A stretch of 62,030 nucleotides of DNA, the filler included, from Choristocarpus tenellus KU-1152 (Eukaryota; Protista; Phaeophyceae): NCBI GenBank assembly GCA_964200185.2. It is 9 parts of 9 records of this genome, joined end to end, with 100 filler letters (N's around TTAATTAATTAA, not from the genome) between each part and the next. Parts side by side here need not be neighbours in the genome. Positions count along the whole stretch, not along the records: positions 10,038 to 13,936 come from CAXNAD020017267.1; positions 14,037 to 20,959 come from CAXNAD020007051.1; positions 21,060 to 31,247 come from CAXNAD020003090.1; 6 more parts are not named here. The stretch is one strand, 5' to 3'. Under the pieces are notes generated by a model. The model did no database searches, was not told the DNA's origin, and saw nothing but the letters and a program-made list of their open reading frames with translations. The stretch's first letter is position 1. The number at the start of each line of letters is the position of its first letter. Below, piece by piece: positions 12,997 to 24,587 of this stretch. The translations under genes were made by a program, and so were the position numbers.

Positions 12997-15159
12997 TGAT
13001 ATAGAAATATATATTGTTGTCGTCCTGTACCCGGCCCACCCTCTGTTGTTGCGGTAACTAGTGCATCAGAATATGTGTGAACCTTGTTCGAGATGCGAAA
13101 CGGACAATAAACATTGTGTAATTGTGTTACTGTGTGCCAAACCAGCCCACCCCCTTCCAGCCTCTGGTGCTATAGTGCAACACATCGTACAGAGCATCAG
13201 GTCTAGAAAGTAGCCAATGATGCAGAAAGTGTGAAGGGTGAGGCGGACTCGGAGGGTGGTGTACGTCGAAACCACCGTAGACTCCTATATAAGAAAAAAA
13301 TGAAGCCACAAAGATTTGGGTATACAACGGTTGTGTGTGTAGTCAGGGACTTAAGATGCAATGTTGGAGATAGGCGTAGCATGAGGTGGTTAGAACCTGA
13401 CAACAGCGAGTGTACAGGATACTCCGACTGTATGATACGCCATGACCCAACCGAGATTATACGGGAAAGTGGGGCTAGTGTAGGGGGGATTGAGTTAGAG
13501 ATGTGTGAAAAGTGGTAAGAAAACTTTTAACATGTCCTGTGGGGCCTACCCTTCGCATTTTCTTTTGGTGGCTAGTGTACCCATTTTTGGGATTGCACCA
13601 GAATAGGGGTTGGCTGGGCAGACTAACGGAAGGAGGTTGGAGAGGATAGGAGTACAGGAGTGGGATCGAGTGATAGACTTGTGAGGATAGAGGATGAAGG
13701 TAGCCAAGACCGATGTTAGAGTATGGGGGGGTCTAAGATAAAGAAGAAGGTGGGTTGGGCACTGATGACAGAACACAGATCAAGAGGGGGGAAAGAACGC
13801 GACTGTAGATGGAATCTCCAGGTGATACAAAGACTACTCAAAAATCATCCCTCAGAACTCTGATCCAACGTAAATGACAAGAGCAATCCTTAGGTGAGGA
13901 AGGAAGGATACAGTGTCAAAGTATCTGGGGGGGTGGNNNNNNNNNNNNNNNNNNNNNNNNNNNNNNNNNNNNNNNNNNNNTTAATTAATTAANNNNNNNN
14001 NNNNNNNNNNNNNNNNNNNNNNNNNNNNNNNNNNNNCATGAAAAAATTGACCCCAAATGGACAGTCGCCACCCCCTCACAGATACTTTGAGCCTTATCCT
14101 GTACAGGGGTATTACAATTGAGGTTCTGAGGGCTTTGCATAAAACTGGATCATGGTGGAAGCGAGAGCTTGGAAAGAATGCAGGGAAAGGGTCGAATGCG
14201 TGAGAGGGGTAGAATACAAAGGCTGACTTGCTGGCCTTCAGTGAAGTTGCCAAACGTGCTCAGACGAAGAAGTTGAAGTTGAAAACAACCGAGGAGAATG
14301 AAGAGAGCGAAATGAGGGAGGGGGACCTCAATGCTCTCCTTAGGACTGAGGAATGAAATTCCCCAAGTGTTGAGAGATTGAGGAGGATATAGAACAGGAG
14401 GATGAAGAGGCCTGGGTGGAGGGATAGCAGCATGCACAGATATTTAAAAGAGAAAGAGCGAGCGTTAGCAAAAAACATTTCAATACTTCAATTCTTCAGT
14501 GATGCAAAGCTTCAATGAACAAGGCCGAGAAGGCTAGCCCCTCACGGTAGTATATGCAACGATACAATGTAGTGGCTGCCAAGTAGAGGCACCAAATATT
14601 TGTGCTCTCTTAGCTTTTTCGTGCCTTGAATACAAAGCACTTGAATAAATCTTCGCGATTATCCCTACGGTAAAATGCAGCATTTCTCGAAGTCCTCCAG
14701 CACTCCCAACAGGACCATATAAACCAACACGAACAACAAACATTCTTAACATTGCTCTCCACCAGTATACGATTCTCATGCAATACCTTACAATATCAAT
14801 GTTTTCCTCAGCTATGAAATTTCTACCTCATTCCAAAAATCTCAGAAAACCTGCAATAACTTCATACCATTCAAATATAAATTCCCCCCCGCTTATATAC
14901 CACTAGATACCCTTACCCTCCGGTTTCACCTCATGAATCGTACTACGCCCTCTGATTTTTGTGAGTGTTTTAGGGAACACAAAACCTATATAATGACTGT
15001 TGTAAAAATAACAATAAGTTGTCGCTGATGCAAAATATTCCCCTATATAAATTTTTTCTTTTTGAAAACTAACGGGAGAGGTGTCAGTAAGAGCATTGAC
15101 AAAGAAGTGAGAACGGATCAGAATGTGTCATTTTCAAAGCGAAACAATAACTTACTGAA

Positions 15160-16290
15160 ACCCGGTTCTGGTGTTTTCTGATCTTCCTGGAGGGTTCGTC
15201 ATACACGTTGGTGCCAGTGAAGGTGGCGCTGGAGATTTTTGGGACAACCCCAAGTTGACGATCCTCACGACCTATGTATCATTGCTTACTTCAGCAACAA
15301 ATTTAATGAAATCTAATGTTATTGTTCGGCTACATGGAGAGAGTTCTATGCATTTGTTACTGCAGCCACTCACTGGCCTTACCTGCATTTCAGATCATCC
15401 GCATTCTGTAACTGGTATAGAATGTAGGATACCAAATAACGTGCTTACTCGTTGGGCTAATGCGTTTGGATTGTGTTCCAGGTAATCGTATTCCCTTAGT
15501 GTCGCCTCACCACCTGACAAGGAAATGACTACGTCTATGTCGTATTTTTCTCTTCATAATGGCGTACTGTGTATAGTTATACTTTCCAGGCCATCTTTGT
15601 TAGAGGAGAACAATTAGAGATCAATTTGTCGCCCCTTGCTCGTTAGTTCTTGTACACCATGGTTGCCATGATCATGCATTGCCTGGAGGCCACTTAGGTG
15701 TTAAACCCACATTTGACAGAGTCAGACCAACTGAGAGGTAGGCAGGGTTGTATTTCAAGGATCATGAGAAAGAGCAATAATCTGTCCTTTCCAATAATTG
15801 AAAAAATAACATTTTCTGCATTGTGGTGTAAATTTGTGTTTGTAAAGGGGGAATGTTAATTTTTCGTACACTATTGTGTATTCAAAAGAACGAAAATGAT
15901 ATATTCCATAGGGTAAGAAAGATGGATAAAATGCAGAAGGGTCCAAACGTGCCTACCTCTCGATTGGTTTGGGTCAAGGTTGGAGACCTATACTGGTGGT
16001 CAACATTCAATATCAATGTTCGAACATGGTGCCCCGATTGTCAGGCATGCCGAACGTGTAAGATTGCTCAGAACAAAGCTGCTCTTCCCACTAGCAACAT
16101 GCCCGTTGACAGATCATTTCAACGGGTTCCTATAGATTCATCTGTTGATACAATGGTTCATCAATATTAGAGTTGATTCAGATGTTACTGCTGTAGATTT
16201 AACACAGCAAACCGAAATTAAGTTACAGCTTGCTGTTGAGTTGGCACGCCAGAACCTCAGTGAACAAGTTGAAAGCCAGGAAAGTTAGAA
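15160..16290 (+). mobile_element. Degraded Ty3/gypsy pol remnant (RNase H and integrase), interrupted by a MITE
   Basis: PVLVFSDLPGGFVIHVGASEGGAG (decayed PD...F...DAS motif); integrase zinc finger HGCHDHALPGGHLGVKPTFD // KVGDLYWWSTFNINVRTWCPDCQAC...PVDRSFQRVPID. RNase H before integrase is the gypsy order. Confidence 0.8.
15719..15975. mobile_element. MITE (family D/E type) inserted in the gypsy integrase
   Basis: 26-bp inverted termini GAGTCAGACCAACTGAGAGGTAGGCA / TGCCTACCTCTCGATTGGTTTGGGTC (21 of 26 match); removal rejoins the H2C2 motif. Confidence 0.8.
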
Positions 16291-16306
16291 AATCGAAAAT
16301 ACTTTT

Positions 16307-16547
16307 GAGTGAAAGTAAAAAAGGGGTACCCAGAGTTGCATGCTAGGGATGCTGACAATTATGTGCAAAATCCAGCTTTCTTACAGTGTGTACGGGATAT
16401 TTTCTGAGTTGTATCAGAAAGGTTTGGAACAATAGAGGAATAAACGCCCTCAATTCAAACTTAGATCTTCATCTGTAGAACATATGAGTGAATCGCAAAA
16501 TATTAAAAAATATACTTTAGATCCAATAATAAAATATACTTTGACTC
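16307..16547. mobile_element. MITE family D copy
   Basis: Termini GAGTGAAAGTA ... TACTTTGACTC; interior similar to 970-1226. Confidence 0.7.
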
Positions 16548-19255
16548 ACTCTTGAATTAAAATAAATATCACCCCCCACCCCTCCCTTCTCTCGCATAAG
16601 TTACTCCCTGTTGTCCTCTTTACCTATCTGTATCCATCCCATGCATGCATCCACTTTCTCTACCTACAAGACTGGGGACCCCTAGACTAGTTGTTAAATT
16701 TGGATAGAACACCACACACAAGGTCTGCCTGACCGACCCTTACCCTGATATTGCTTCTTCTCCATTTGTACTTTTCCATGCACAGAGCTTTCACAAACTA
16801 CTTGTGAGTGCTATCATATGAGTATGCATGAATAGCAGCCGGTCAGCATCTTGGCTTGTTTATTATAGCGGAAAAGGAATTTATGAGCCTGACGTATGGT
16901 CTCAAGACCAATAGAATGTTTATACTGTAGTATTTTTCAGTATTCAAAAACCAAGAAAACAAAGCTTAGAGGTGGATATCCAAGTTGATATCGATTGCTT
17001 TAAAATGAGAACGGGAGACCTCAAAAAGTAACTTTCCTCAAGTCCTCTAGTACAAGCTTGAGATTAGTTGCCACTCACTGCCATCATCATGACAGAGGAA
17101 CGAAAATAGTCAAGCGTACAAGGAAGATTTTTCCCAAGAAGTTGCATGAAATATCTCTTTTCGGCTACTGGTGTCTCCCTCCCAATCAGAGGGTTGTGTA
17201 ATACTATATATATATATGATTCAATCAGGAAAAAGGTTAAACCGAAGTTTTGAGACGCACGACCTGTGTGTGTTTAAGAGGATGAAATTGAGGTCGTGTT
17301 TTCGATGTGAAAGAGTGTTTGATGTTGGCGCTTCTAGAACCTTGTGTAATATATACCATCACCATGGCTGAAATGCAGCTTAAAAGTCTCTCAGGAGCAT
17401 GTAACTGTAGAAGAATAACTGTGAACACATTGTTAACTGGAAGTGCCCTCACCGTGCTCAAAACACATCCCACAAGGCAGTCAAAGGGAACGCTAAGCCT
17501 CAACAATACCCCCCTCTCAACTGGTATCGAGTGAACTTATATTTACTATGATGGCGACATTTTTTTGACCCATTCGTTATGCACAAAAAGTATGAAGACA
17601 GCTTTTTCTCATCCACTATCAGATTGTTACAAAAAAAGTAGCTCTTAGGCCATTCCTGTATGCAACAAAAAACGGCATATGAGATGAGTCAACGCGACAG
17701 AAGAGGAAGTTGCTCTATACAGTCAGGTTAGCTACACACAACAGCTTGTTAGCACTACAGTGAGCAGTTTTTATTTCGTATATTGTACTTATTGGATGAC
17801 AGTGAATGGATCCCCCCTCTACGTATTTCAGCCCGCCTGCTTCACACACATGCTCCGTATTCCTCACCCCTCTTCTGAGTGAATTCAAGGATATCAAAGG
17901 CTAAAAACACCTCAGTATGTTAATCTACAAGATTGATTGGGGCACGCAGAGCCTGTAGGGAACATATGTTGAGAAACATTTATTCGATTGACACAAGAAA
18001 GAGCAGTAGAGATACAGCCTGCATGTCACAATGAACCAACAGCACGTATTCAACATGAAACAATCGCCTTGTAGTACGCCTTCATCATGCAGCACACAGT
18101 GGTCTGCACAGAGGGGCACACAACCACATATCAAATAGAAGAAAAAAAAATTAGGTGCAAATTTACCTGCTCACTCTTCGTTTTGGCACTGCTGATGTTC
18201 CTGACCACAGTAAGAAGAATACCCACTCCAACATAGATTGCTTAAATGGCAGAGAGAAAATTTGCCTTGAAAAGTATGCCAATCACATTCTCTGGATGAT
18301 GTCCCCATAATTGCCACACGACTTGTTCCTATCAAACCTTCAGGGTGTACATTTTACCATCTGTTTATAACGTCCACAAACTATGGTTGGTGATGTATGT
18401 CGTTCCTTCTAACTGAGAACCTACAAGTACCAGATACAACAGCCTATCCTACTCTTAAGAGCACACTACACCGCACTCCACCTGGACTAGTGCATGGTCA
18501 AAAGTGCTGGGAATAGAAGAAAAGAACGAATCTCAAAAATACGCCTGGAAATATTCACTTCTAAACCCTATTTGTAGTATGCATGCATCATGTCCTGCTC
18601 CCTTTACCCAGCTTCTGCCAAAGAGAGTTGTTCACCTTGAGGACATGGAGAGAAAGTTTGGAGGGGGATCAGCACACCACTTTGAAGGTCCTTTTGAATT
18701 AACTTTGTACGGGACAATTATTATCTTGCTTCCAGAGGCAGACGAAAACCCCAAAATATATACTCATCAACCTCAAATAAAATAAATAACCAGTACACAT
18801 ATAATAATCCATGCAGTAATTGGCATATATAAAAAGTATGATGGCAAGGAGGAAAAAAATCGGCAAAACAAGAAGGTACATGTACCTGTCCAAAATTAAA
18901 AAAAAACACTGCATGAAAGGGCACCATTTGAGATTACAAAGGATCCACACACAGTAGTGATCTTCAAAAGAGTTGTAACTATATGATGGGGAGAATGGAG
19001 GAGGAATACACCATACATGGGACAAATACGATATATACCAAACTATCCTCTTGGATTTTGTTTCGCTCTCAACAAGGTAGAGGAGGTTGCAGGCAGGATG
19101 GACAAGTGCTGCATGGTCCTAAGGCGGCAAAAAATCCCATTTTTTCCTATAGCCTTATTTACTTTACTGGAGTCTATGTTGCATCTTGTGCAGCACCATC
19201 TCATTCCTCTCCGAAGCTAATATTGGTAGTGATATTTCATATTAATAGTATATAG

Positions 19256-19520
19256 GAGTCAAAATATTGTAGAGGGTAGAGAGACGCGTCCATTTGGGGG
19301 CCAAAATCCAATGTTGCAATTTTCATGTAATTTTGGCCATCGTGTTTGTTAGGAGGTGTCAAGATCCTTGATCTGGACACACCTTTTCATAATGTACACA
19401 TTTTACCTAATCCAAAATATTTTGGACTAGGAAAAATGTCATTTTTTTAAAAGCCATGGGAAGCCAAGCCCCAAACGGACAAACAGGGCAAAACTCGTAC
19501 CCTCTAAGACACTTTCACTC
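19256..19520. mobile_element. MITE family B (~260 bp); other copies 45385-45660, 52666-52934, 53611-53869, partial 59324-59529 and 61799-61957
   Basis: Inverted termini GAGTCAAA.TAT..TAGAGGGTA ... TACCCTCTAAGACACTTTCACTC; flanked by ATAG on both sides; internal palindrome. Confidence 0.9.
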
Positions 19521-19569
19521 ATAGATGTACTACCAGCACAAGAGTGGTACAAGCCTCTACAGTTAGGGG

Positions 19570-19980
19570 CTACAGAATGAAGAGTAATTCGATTCCATTG
19601 AACAAATGATGCGGGTCACTGTTGACACCCAGGTTTTTAAACCACACTGCTCATCATCCGACTTCAACTTTGCTTGAATCCCATACTCCATGTGCATTGC
19701 TTCCAAAAACCACAAAGGGTCCTCCAATCTCTCCATCAAGATTTGACTCAGGTACACTACCTAAGGACTGAAGCAATCTCAAGTTTATATCTCTCATCTG
19801 TGATCCTAATAGAAACGCAGCACCTGTCTTGCACCTTCCATACATGCCTTCCTCAACTTTCAAGGTTACCCGATTTCTGGCTGTTGAAATTCTTCTTACA
19901 CTTCCACCAATAGACTATCTTTCAAGTCACACTGAGCCCAAGAAGAAAAAATAATTAGTTTTCCATTCAACTCAACTTTA
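19570..19980 (-). mobile_element. Degraded copia-type reverse transcriptase remnant
   Basis: Fragments FLLGSQMRD and YLSQILMERL resemble the copia RT LG..I.RD...LSQ..Y...L.RF stretch; frameshifted. Confidence 0.35.
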
Positions 19981-20438
19981 GGAATCGTGGAACACAAACA
20001 GTTATGCAAAACATCACCGTCCAGAAAGCCACAAAGATTCAGATCACTTCGATTAAGGACAGGTTTATTATTACAGAGATCTAGTTAAAGAAGCATCAGC
20101 TATCTCCCACATCTCTCTTACCCCTCAACCAAAATGTAGCTTCATCACAAAACAAAACAAAAACAACCACAGTGCTAGTATCACGCAAGTCCTCAATTCC
20201 CTGGAGGCACGCAAAAAAGATTGAAGGATGGTGGACATTGCCGTTAGGGTGAATTGATCCGATTGGCTCAACGAAAAACATGGGCTAATTAATTCTATTT
20301 GTGTAAAAGCTCTACTCTTCACACCACACTTCCTTGGCCCCCCCCTTCCCCTCCCCACACTTCACTTTTACAATATATATTCTTTTATTCTCATTTCGGG
20401 CGTAATATACTAATCAGACCCGCAGCCCCTCCTCTCAC

Positions 20439-20834
20439 CTTCTGCCACCTCTCATTCTCATCCTGAAGCTTCTCTATCTCTAATTCCATTCGAATCAACT
20501 TGCTCTCTCTCTCCTTCTTCTCCTCCTCCTCCATACTTCTCTTCCCTGACTCATTGCCACTAGAGCCAGCCCGACACAAAGGAACCCCAGAACATGCAGT
20601 AGAACCCGAGTCCAGCACTGAACGTATCCCCCACCCCACACTCTCCCTAGCCCTCCTCCACCTACCCTGACACCCCCCGCCCAGTGATCCATGCCACCCA
20701 GGACCCACTGCTCGTGAGTCCCCTGAGAGGATGACAGGGGTGCAACCTAGAGAGATGTCACCCAGGGCAATTCCGGTTCCAGTCTGGGAAACAGGGTTGG
20801 GTGGGTGGGTGGGCAACTGCAGAATGAGGTAGAC
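20439..20834 (-). CDS. Probable internal exon ending in a coiled coil; rest of gene not resolved
   Basis: Acceptor CACAG, donor AAG|GTGAGA, 396-nt open frame ending EEEEKKERESKLIRMELEIEKLQDENERWQK; GC-richer than flanks. An alternative acceptor exists near 20816. Confidence 0.5.
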
Positions 20835-20858
20835 CTGTGCTGTACTATGGTGGGATGT

Positions 20859-20894
<36 letters not shown>

Positions 20895-22099
20895 CAAATG
20901 AAGAAGAAAAATATCACAGCAAAAAAAAAAAAAAGTACCAGACACATCCTACCCCTCACNNNNNNNNNNNNNNNNNNNNNNNNNNNNNNNNNNNNNNNNN
21001 NNNTTAATTAATTAANNNNNNNNNNNNNNNNNNNNNNNNNNNNNNNNNNNNNNNNNNNNGTGTGAGGCTTCACACCTTCTTATCTTCACTACTAACAAAT
21101 AGCATTACCCCCCAAGGTAATTTGCACAAGTTTGACATATCTGTTATAGAAGAGTTGAGATATTCAACATCAAGATAATTGGCAACCCATACCACCTCAT
21201 TATTCAAGGTATGTTGCAATGATTCAGAACAGTCCAATGCAGATGTTCTCACCCTTCGACAGTAGTACTGCTCCAGCTTCACATCCATTTTCCCATTATG
21301 ATCTTGAAGGTGGGCAAGGTGGTTGTGGTATGTTGTAATCATCCCTTCACTGAACAATGGGCAACGTGACTCTCGGGCGATGATAATAATTTGTAACATG
21401 TTCATCTCTGGGGTTGGAATCTTGTACACAAATGTACACAAAGTGTAACGAATTTGTTGTAAAGGGAGGTCAAAGTATCAAGTACAAGACAAGAAAACAT
21501 TGTCACATGGGATACCTAGTAGTGAAATTAAGAGCATCTTTATAACATTTCGTCTGAAGTACAGATACAAACACAGCAATAAATACCAAGCGTCGACCAT
21601 GCTGTTCTTTATCGGGGCGTTTTAGTCTGGACCCCGGACAGACTTCTAGGACGAATAATTGGAACTGACGGGTGACGATGGGATGAGCGAGCCGCTCGAG
21701 CAATGGGGAGCACTTTGCACTGATGATCCTCCACAATCATGACAGCCCACCATCTCAAAATTTGTACGCCTGTCAATCAATATGAGAACTAAGCCTCGCC
21801 CAGAGTAGGTCATTCCCGGGCGAGAAAGAAGCTCACAAAAGTTATGTTACATTCCGAATGGAGGAAGTATTGATACTTTTCGCATTAGTCTGAAGGGTCC
21901 AGACCTGTGGCCAAAAGGTAGGCAGAGCACAAGCAGGAACACAAATACTTGAGATCATTTTACAGAGAGAAAAATGAGGATGAAAAAGGAAAGAGAGAAA
22001 AACAAATGTAGAAAACTCAGGGCCACATCCAGTATATCCGTCCAATACACCACTCACTACACATCGCCAAAAATGAAATGCAGAAATGAAAAACCCAAG

Positions 22100-23230
22100 A
22101 AGAATGAGATCAATGAGGGAAGCAACATTACAGAGGAACTAGAAACCTAGTGAGTGAGCATGAAACTTAATCTGCCTGTGCTTCCTTAGCTGCTGCTTTA
22201 GCTTCTCTTTTTTACTCCTCATCCATGAAGTACTTACTTTCATCAAACACACAATCGACTCACCTCTGTAAAACCTTTGCCCTTCTACACAACCCCTTGC
22301 CCGTGATTTCAAACCTTCTCAAGGCTTATCTTCCTGGCACATCCATTAGTGTTTCTCCTGTTCACCTTACTTCCACTTTCCACCCTTAAGTTTCCCAAAT
22401 ATCAACATCCTCAGGAGTTGCTCATCGCCAACGAGTGTAACTCACCCTGGAAAAATGAGCCCCTGTTTTCGCAGTCACCTTGATACTGTTACTCCTGGTA
22501 TCTTTGTACGGCAGGGTGACATAAGTGTGTTTCTGTTTGCAAAATCTGATGTAGCCCAGGAGGGAATTATGAAGATGAGATTGAAGCTTGACATCATATA
22601 CATGGCGGATTGCCCGTGTCACACAACATAGAACAGGACTTGGAGTGATTCGGCCCAGAGCATTTGAATCTTAAGCTTGAGTGATATGCCTGTGGTTCTG
22701 TCTTGAAGCACTTGGCTCCACGTCCGGCCTTGATGCTCCACAATGGACATTGTTCCTCCTGGAGTATGCTCTCCCGTTCTTGGAGTATGTTCTCCTATTC
22801 CAGGTAAGCTCCCAGTTGCCATGCGACAACTTTGAGAATGGTTGTGCCCCTATGTTTCATCAATGAGATAGACGCCTCTGTAGTTGACACAGTCCGCCGC
22901 CCTATCCTTCTTATAGAGCACCTTGAAGGTCTTGTTCTTCCAAATCTGTGGTACATCATCGTGGTCTCACACAGTAAATACACATCGTTGAAACCCTGAA
23001 TTATAGGGAGATCTCGACCATGTTGTGTTCAGGTATCATCTGGTCCCATCACCTTCCTGGTTGCCATGACACGGATTCCTGATGCCACTTCCACTAGCAT
23101 TGTGCATCGCGAGTGCTATTCAGGTGGATCATTGATCAAGGTGTTCGGAGTTATTAGGGTTGAGATTGACACTCTTCTATTTCTGGGCACTTCAAAATAT
23201 TTCCACTCCCATCTTTTTTGTGGTAACAAA
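22100..23230 (-). mobile_element. Degraded Ty1/copia remnant (GAG-pre-integrase to integrase C-terminus)
   Basis: Minus-strand fragments LQRRLSH (cf. WHxRLGH), LLGY and VDCVFDE (cf. SRDVxFDE) occur in the expected order. Confidence 0.5.
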
Positions 23231-23817
23231 AACTATTATATTCTACTACTACTACTACTACTACTCAGTGATTCTCAAGTTGAATGAAGTCGCAGTTCCT
23301 ACAAGCCTTTGCAAGGAGCAATATCGATAAGTTGTACCCAGACAAGGTGTGTGGATTGTCTCATTAAAAACGTGCACCGAGATCGTCCAGAAAAGTCAAT
23401 TATTGTACAAAACATGGGCGTGTTGTGTAACTGGGTAAGAGCGATGGGGGCCACCAGGGTCCATCATGTCCATCACGTCAAGCTCCCAAGTTTGAAAATC
23501 CTGCATCTTGCACTTTTGTGGTCTACTGTCTGAGTTGCAATGTCCAATATGGTACCGTTCTGAGGAGCTCATATATACTGGAGGAGTTCCGACAAAAGTA
23601 AATGGGGGACTTCTACTAAAGTTATCACCCAGGTTTGTGTAGAGATTACGAAGGCAGAAGTTGAACGGAGCCCACTACAAAATGCAATAATAGGAAACAA
23701 TAATGTATATTATTTCTAGTATACTTGGCATTCCAACCGTACATAGATTTGGAGAGATATCTTTCGCATTTACAATTCAAGTTGGAGAGACCAGGCAGAT
23801 GGGCAAGGAGAAGCCTT

Positions 23818-24100
23818 TCAGATTCTTAAGATGTTTCCCTAGCTCCTCGCCTAGTTGTGTAAGGCTAACCTAGGTTGGAGGCATAACAGTAATAATGTAC
23901 AGGTATCATTGTAATTTCCAAGCTTCAAGGGAGTGTTTGTAGTATGCTGGTTCTCAAATAATAGTAAATAGATTTTGGTGAGATATCTTATCACATTTAC
24001 AATTTGTATTGTTACTTTTATACGGGTTGTGATATTGATTTGGTCTTTTCCTTGAGCATCTGGAAAATGTTAAGAAGGGTGTAATAATATACTGTACTAA
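23818..24100. repeat. Old dispersed repeat, second copy ~46293-46570
   Basis: TTCTT.AGAT..TTCCCTA.CT...AAG.CTAA.C.AGGTTGGA.GCATA...TCTCAAATA.TAG.AA aligns by eye between the two loci. Confidence 0.6.
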
Positions 24101-24587
24101 CTGACTGTTGTGTTTTGTTGGAACTCAGAGAAATTAATTTTTTGTGTATCGTTTTCTTCTACCGTCCGATCAATCAATTTTTTGTAGCGTGTGCGGAAAT
24201 CGATCCTTGGTTCCATCGCAGTGATAGAGTGGTCCCAAAACCGCAGGACTACGCCTTCGAACAGGTGCTTGACCTTCGTAATGTTGGATATAACGCGCTA
24301 GGGTAGTGCGTTATGTTCTTGCTTTTCCCGCAATATAACTTGTGCTGCTGTGGACGCAATGGTATTGATGTCCTCAGTGTTGATTTTAAAAGCTATCTTC
24401 CACATCGCAACATTAGCAACAATAGAGGTTCGAGGAACAGGAAGCGTGAGTATGGACAAGTAGTGGCAATCACACGGTAATTCAACAGTGAGCACTAATT
24501 TTCGACCTTTGCTGCGTGCTGGCCCTCTGTGGATTCATCACACACCCTCTTCGATGTAGGCGGGCGTGAGCAGCAACCTCAGTACAA

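Noticed and set aside
20439-20834. Assignment of the coiled-coil exon to WDR18/Ipi3
   Set aside because: Only the ENERWQK end is reminiscent; no WD40 exons or terminal exon found.
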